Source: Candidatus Krumholzibacteriia bacterium (GTDB taxonomy: Bacteria > Krumholzibacteriota > Krumholzibacteriia > LZORAL124-64-63). From it: a stretch of 61,101 bases of DNA. Positions 56,237-61,101 of this stretch are shown here, one piece after another. The position numbers and the translations under genes are program-made. Within the stretch, counting starts at the first letter, position 1; each line of letters begins with the position of its first letter. The notes below the pieces were generated by a model, which was not told the DNA's origin, made no database searches, and was given only the letters and a program-made list of their open reading frames with translations. The stretch lies in contig JAWOID010000027.1 in the NCBI GenBank assembly GCA_046484865.1, positions 1-61,101 of the forward strand. The letters run 5' to 3'.

Positions 56237-57826
56237 CTAGCTGGACAGGATCGCGTCCACCTCTTCCCGGTCCGTATCCATGACGTACTGGATGCCGCTG
56301 ATCCGCGCGGCGTCCTGGGTCAGAGCGCAGAGGTCGTCGCGGGTCATGTGCTCGAGGCCGAACTTGCGTGCCCCGCACATCAGTTGCCGCAGGCCCTGAG
56401 CCAGCCGCTCGTAGTAGGTGTAGATGCCGATGGCCCCGGTCGGCAGGCGATCGAACTCGCCGTCGCCCAGCTCCTGACGCAACTCGGCCGCGGTGACGAA
56501 GATCTCGTCCCGGCTGGTCCCGAAGCGCTCGATGTAGACGGGCACCTGGTGGTCGTCGATCGCGCGGCCGATGGTCTTGCCGACCATGGCGGCGGCGATC
56601 GGCGCCCGGGCCATGCCGACCAGCTTCACGAAGGGAGCGCCCATCGCGAGGCCCTTGAAGATCTGGTCCTCGAAGGAGAAGCCGCCGGCCACCACCAGGG
56701 CCGGCACCCGCTCGCCGCGGGCGACCAGCCGGTTGGCATACTCGTGCAGCAACGCGTGCAACTCGACCGGGGGGATGCCCCACTCGTTCATCATCCGCCA
56801 GGGGCTCATGCCGGTGCCGCCGCCGGCGCCGTCCACGGTCAGGTAGTCGATGCCGTACTTCGAGGAGAACTTGATGGCGCGGGCGAGGTCGGCCGGACGG
56901 TAGGCCCCGGTCTTGAGCGAGATGTACTTCGCTCCTGCCTCGCGCAATTCCTCGACGCGGCGGGCGAAGCTCTCCTCCTCCACCATGCCGACGCGGCTGT
57001 GCCGCTCGAACTCGTGGAAGGAGCCGCGCTGGAACGCCTTGATGACGTTCGGATCGGTGGGGTCCGGCAGCACGACGTAGCCGCGGGCGTGCAGGAGCTG
57101 GGCCTTCTCGAGGTCGCGGATCTTGACCTCGCCGCCGATGTTCTTGGCTCCCTGTCCCCACTTGAGCTCCACGATCTCCACCCCGAGCTTCTCGATGGCG
57201 TACTCCTGCACGCCCAGCCGGGTGTCCTCGACGTTCGCCTGCACGATGATGGCCCCGTAGCCGTCCCGCTGGTGATCCTGGTAGAGCTTGACGCGGTTCT
57301 TCAGATCGACCGTGTCCACCACCCGGCCGTTCTTCATGACCGCTTCCGGATCCATGCCCGCCACGTTCTCGCCGATGGTCAGGCCGGTGCCGGCGAGCGC
57401 CGACCCGATCGCCAGCCCTTCCCAGTTGTTCTTGGCGATGTTGGTCGAGCCGATGCCCGGGATGATCCACGGGTAGCGGAACTTGATCCCCTGGTCGTGG
57501 CCGAAGCTGACCCGCAGGTCCACGTTGGGGAAGACGGCCTTGTCGCTGTCCGCCTCGATGCCGTGGGCCCCCACCGCGGTGCCCATGATCGAGAAGTGGG
57601 AGTAGTCGACCGGATATTCCTTCTCCGCGGCGGTGGTGATGACCCCGAACGGCTGCGGATAGATCACCTCGTGGCCCCGGTAGGCGGACTTGCCGATCTC
57701 GCACATACCGATGCAGCCGTCGACGCAGGTGACGCACATCCCGGAAGACGGAGTGACGGACTCCTCGGTCCGATTCTTCGTCAGCGTCGCGGCCGACGAG
57801 TTCACCCTCGAGAGTGTCGATGACAT
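56237..57826 (-). CDS. FMN-binding glutamate synthase family protein (stand-alone FMN barrel)
   Basis: 'ELKWGQGAK.IGGE', 'SLKTG', 'TVDGAGGGTGMSP', 'AGG'; N-terminal CxxCxxxCxxxC; AAAGGAG RBS. Confidence 0.88.
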   Translation of the reverse strand: MSSTLSRVNSSAATLTKNRTEESVTPSSGMCVTCVDGCIGMCEIGKSAYRGHEVIYPQPFGVITTAAEKEYPVDYSHFSIMGTAVGAHGIEADSDKAVFPNVDLRVSFGHDQGIKFRYPWIIPGIGSTNIAKNNWEGLAIGSALAGTGLTIGENVAGMDPEAVMKNGRVVDTVDLKNRVKLYQDHQRDGYGAIIVQANVEDTRLGVQEYAIEKLGVEIVELKWGQGAKNIGGEVKIRDLEKAQLLHARGYVVLPDPTDPNVIKAFQRGSFHEFERHSRVGMVEEESFARRVEELREAGAKYISLKTGAYRPADLARAIKFSSKYGIDYLTVDGAGGGTGMSPWRMMNEWGIPPVELHALLHEYANRLVARGERVPALVVAGGFSFEDQIFKGLAMGAPFVKLVGMARAPIAAAMVGKTIGRAIDDHQVPVYIERFGTSRDEIFVTAAELRQELGDGEFDRLPTGAIGIYTYYERLAQGLRQLMCGARKFGLEHMTRDDLCALTQDAARISGIQYVMDTDREEVDAILSS

Positions 57827-57878
57827 CGCAATCCGCTCCTTTGATGCGCGTATTTCGCGGCCCCGGTCCGACCCTTCG

Positions 57879-58553
57879 TCACTTCTGGATCTCGCACGCC
57901 ACGCATGGTGTCATGTAGCACATCATGTCGTGGAACCGTTCCTTCTCGATGCAGGGAGGCGCCAGGTTGGCGCAGCCGCCGCAGATCGCCTTGTCCGGCT
58001 CGTTGAAGGTGCAGCGCAGCTGGCAGGCCGGACAGACGTAGATGCAGCCGCCGCACAGGCGGCAGACCTCCGACTTGACGTCGAACGGCGTGCCGATGCT
58101 GCGCAGGTCGCCACGGCCGCGGAAGCCGATCGCCCCCGCCACCATCTGCTCCTTGCACATGCGGACGCACAGGCCGCAGAGGATGCAGTCCTCGTGTTCC
58201 TGGTGGAACCGTTGCTGGCGCACCCCGTGCGCAGCGGCCAGGTCCTGGATCGTCCGCGACTGCGGGCACGAGGCCAGCAGCAGTTCCAGCACCATCCGCC
58301 GCGCCCGCAGGACCCGCTCGGAAGCGGTGCGGATGCTGAGGCCCTCCTGGGCGGGATAGGTGCACGACGACACGAGCCGCGCGCCGGGCCCCTCCCCGAT
58401 CTCCACCACGCAGAGTCGGCAGGCGCCATACGGCGACAGCCCCTCCATGTGGCAGAGCGTGGGGATGGGGAAACCGAGGAAGCGCGCGGCCTCCAGCAGG
58501 GTCGAACCCTTCTGGACCGCCACCTGCAGCCCGTTGATCTTCAGGTTGATCAC
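57879..58553 (-). CDS. [2Fe-2S]/[4Fe-4S] protein (NuoG/HydA N-terminal-like) with Cys-rich tail
   Basis: 'IPTLC...GACRLCVVE...SC'; 'CILCGLCVRMC'; 'CRLCGGCIYVCP'; no catalytic domain; GTGA overlap. Confidence 0.88.
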   Translation of the reverse strand: MINLKINGLQVAVQKGSTLLEAARFLGFPIPTLCHMEGLSPYGACRLCVVEIGEGPGARLVSSCTYPAQEGLSIRTASERVLRARRMVLELLLASCPQSRTIQDLAAAHGVRQQRFHQEHEDCILCGLCVRMCKEQMVAGAIGFRGRGDLRSIGTPFDVKSEVCRLCGGCIYVCPACQLRCTFNEPDKAICGGCANLAPPCIEKERFHDMMCYMTPCVACEIQK

Positions 58554-61101
58554 GCCTCTTCCCTCCCGCCGGCCCCCATGGGCGCCAACGATTCCTCGCG
58601 CTCGGTGAACTCCAGGTCGCAGCGCAGGCAGCGCCGCGCCTCGCAGGCCGCCTCCTCCACGGAGAAGGCCACCTCAACCTCGGCGAAGTTGCGCCGGCGC
58701 CAGTCGGCCGGGGCGCGGGGCGTGTCGCCGCGCGCCGCCGGCTGCAGGGTGTCGGCCTCGGTCCGGGGCACCGGTTCCACGTAGACGCGCGGGACGCACG
58801 CCGTGACCGGCGCCAGCAGCGCCTCGCCACGCAGGTAGCGCTCGATCACGGCCGCCGCCTGCTTGCCGGCGGCGATGGCCTCGACGACCGTGTTCGGCCC
58901 GGTGACCAGGTCGCCGGCCGCGAACACGCCGTCACGATTCGTCAGCAGGGTCGCCGGGTCCACTCGTACCGTGTTGCGACGGGTGATCTCGATCCCGCTC
59001 GCCCGGGCGGGCGAGATCGAATCGATGCCCGAGTCCTCGCCGATGGCCACGATCAGGGTATCGAGGTCCACGACGTGCTCCGTGCCGGCGATCGGGATCG
59101 GCCGCCGCCGCCCGCTCTCGTCGGCATCGCCCAGCTCGTTGCGAACGCATTCGAGTCCCGCCAGGCGTCCGTCCTCGGTCACGATCCGGGTGGGCGTCAC
59201 CAGGTTCTGGATCAGGATGCCCTCCTGGTGCGCCGCCTCGATCTCCTCCGCGAAGGCCGGCATCTCCTCCCGGGTCCGCCGGTAGAGGATGGTCACGCTC
59301 GTCACGTGCTTGTTGCGCAGGGCCATGCGGGCGGCGTCGATCGCCGAGTTGCCGCCGCCGATCACTCCGACCCGGCCGCGCCCGAGGCACTCGCCGCGCA
59401 GGTTGTACGCCTTGAGGAACTCGATCGAGGGGTGGACCCCCGGCACGTCGCAATTCTCGAGGTCCAGCGGCTTGCTCTTGTGAGCACCGATCGCCATCAG
59501 TACCGCGCCGTAGTCGCGCGCGAGCAGGTCGTCGATCGAGAAGTCGCGACCGAGGGCCTGGCCGCCGGCGAACTCGATGTTCTCGTCGAGCAGGGCCTCG
59601 ATCTCGCGCTGGATGACCTCCCGCGGCAAGCGGTAGGACGGGATCGCGCAGTACAGCATCCCGCCGGGCTCCCGCTCGCAGTCGAAGACGGTGGACCTCA
59701 CGCCGCGCAGGGAGAGGTAGTGGGCCGCCGTCAGACCGGCCGGACCGGCGCCGACGATCGCCACGCGAGGGGCCTCCCCCTCGCCTGCCCAGGGCCGGCG
59801 TTCAGGCGCGTAGGAGGCCGGATCGCTGCGATCGGTCACGAAGCGCTTCAGGGCGCGGATGGCGACCGCCTCGCCGCCGGTGGCGCCGAGCCGGCACTTG
59901 CTCTCGCAGGGGTGATGGCACACCCGCGCGCAGACCGACGGGAAGGGGTTCGCCTCGCGAATGACGTGGTAGGCCTCGTCGTACTCCTCGCGAGCGATGT
60001 GCGCCACGTACCGCCAGGCCTCCGTCCCGAGCGGGCAGGCCGACTGGCAGGGAGCGCCGACGAGGTCCTTGCATACGTAGGCGTCACAGCGCTTCTGCTC
60101 GATGTGTCGCCGGTACTCTTCCCTGAAGTAACGCAGCGTGCTGAGCACCGGGTTGGCGGCCGACTGGCCGAGGCCGCACATGGTCGTGTCCTTCACGACG
60201 ACGGCGAGTTCCTCGAGCAGGTCGAGGTCGCCGAGCGTGGCCTTGCCGCGCGAGATGTCGTCCAGGATCTCGTACATCCGCTGCGTGCCCTTGCGGCAGG
60301 TGAAGCACTTGCCGCACGACTCGTTCTTCAGGAAGTTCATGAAGTACTTGGCGACGTCCACCATGCAGGTGTTCTCGTCCATGACGATCATGCCGCCGGA
60401 ACCCATGATCGAGCCGGCCTCGACCAGCGTGTCGTAATCGATCGGCAGGTCGAACCTGTCGGCCGGGATGCAGCCGCCCGAGGGGCCGCCCGTCTGCACG
60501 GCCTTGATCCGGGTGCGGGCCGGCGAGCCGCCGCCGATGTCGTAGACCACCTCGCGGATGCGGGTGCCCAGGGGAACCTCGACCAGCCCGGTGTTGCGGA
60601 TCTTCCCCACGAGGGAGAAGATCTTCGTCCCCGTGTTGCCGGGCAGGCCCACGCTGGCGTAGGCGCCGCCGCCGCCGTTGATGATCACCGGGATGTTGGC
60701 CAGCGTCTCGACGTTGTTGATGCAGGTGGGGCAGCCGTCGATCCCCTTCTCGATGGGGTAGGGCGGCCGCTGCCGGGGCTCGCCCGCGTGGCTCTCGATG
60801 GAGCGGATCAGGGCCGTCTCCTCGCCGCAGACGAAGGCGCCCGCTCCTTGCACGATGTCGATATCGAATCGAGTGCCGGACCCGAGGATGTCCTCGCCCA
60901 GCAGGCCCATGTCACGCGCCTGGCGCAAAGCGATCTGCGCGTGTTTGATCGCAAGGGGATACTCGCTGCGGACGTAGATGACGCCGTGGGTGGCGCCGAT
61001 GGCGAGGGCGGCAATGGTCAGGCCTTCGATGATGGCGTGCGGATTGCCTTCCAGGAGGCTGCGGTCCATATAGGCGCCCGGGTCTCCTTCATCTGCGTTG
61101 C
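58550..61101 (-). CDS. NuoF/HydB-like flavoprotein fused to a GltD-like FAD/NAD(P)H oxidoreductase (5' end outside the window)
   Basis: The frame stays open to the edge: 'NADEGDPGAYMDRS', 'GAGAFVCGEETAL', 'NNVET', 'GGPSGG', 'ESCGKCFTCR..G'; then 'PCQSACP', 'CARVC..PCE..C', 'GAGPAG', 'GGGNSA', 'YRR', 'GD', 'EARRCLRC'. Confidence 0.9.
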   Translation of the reverse strand, partial: NADEGDPGAYMDRSLLEGNPHAIIEGLTIAALAIGATHGVIYVRSEYPLAIKHAQIALRQARDMGLLGEDILGSGTRFDIDIVQGAGAFVCGEETALIRSIESHAGEPRQRPPYPIEKGIDGCPTCINNVETLANIPVIINGGGGAYASVGLPGNTGTKIFSLVGKIRNTGLVEVPLGTRIREVVYDIGGGSPARTRIKAVQTGGPSGGCIPADRFDLPIDYDTLVEAGSIMGSGGMIVMDENTCMVDVAKYFMNFLKNESCGKCFTCRKGTQRMYEILDDISRGKATLGDLDLLEELAVVVKDTTMCGLGQSAANPVLSTLRYFREEYRRHIEQKRCDAYVCKDLVGAPCQSACPLGTEAWRYVAHIAREEYDEAYHVIREANPFPSVCARVCHHPCESKCRLGATGGEAVAIRALKRFVTDRSDPASYAPERRPWAGEGEAPRVAIVGAGPAGLTAAHYLSLRGVRSTVFDCEREPGGMLYCAIPSYRLPREVIQREIEALLDENIEFAGGQALGRDFSIDDLLARDYGAVLMAIGAHKSKPLDLENCDVPGVHPSIEFLKAYNLRGECLGRGRVGVIGGGNSAIDAARMALRNKHVTSVTILYRRTREEMPAFAEEIEAAHQEGILIQNLVTPTRIVTEDGRLAGLECVRNELGDADESGRRRPIPIAGTEHVVDLDTLIVAIGEDSGIDSISPARASGIEITRRNTVRVDPATLLTNRDGVFAAGDLVTGPNTVVEAIAAGKQAAAVIERYLRGEALLAPVTACVPRVYVEPVPRTEADTLQPAARGDTPRAPADWRRRNFAEVEVAFSVEEAACEARRCLRCDLEFTEREESLAPMGAGGREEA

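Overview
Gene-dense, high-GC bacterial chromosomal segment with about 46 protein-coding genes. I recognised no rRNA, tRNA, CRISPR array or mobile element. C-terminal FlgD-Ig ('PNPFNP') domains, PorV/PorT-like barrels and a C-terminal 'WGxxKxLYR' tail suggest an FCB-group candidate phylum such as Krumholzibacteriota, Latescibacterota or Eisenbacteria (inference). The most notable locus is a tight 8-gene operon at 711-11761. It encodes a large Ig-repeat exoprotein with an FlgD-type C-terminal domain, a PorV/FadL-like barrel fused to an FlgD-like domain, a ~1050-aa TPR protein, ExbB, two ExbDs, TonB and a second protein with the same FlgD-like domain. It has no TonB-dependent receptor, so it is a candidate proton-motive-force-driven secretion or surface-assembly machine. 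It is flanked by a possible CsgG-like gene and a PorT-like barrel. Other content: two polysaccharide gene clusters; an exported DUF6448-His-linker-hemerythrin fusion; nrfHA with a CXXCH-type first heme; several exported hydrolases; an IorAB-type molybdoenzyme; a B12 radical SAM enzyme; a YeeE/YedE transporter; and a truncated redox operon (NuoF/HydB-GltD fusion, Fe-S subunit, FMN glutamate-synthase-like protein). All family calls are by motif recognition, not database search. Many start codons were moved downstream of the ORF track using RBS, signal-peptide or gene-overlap evidence.
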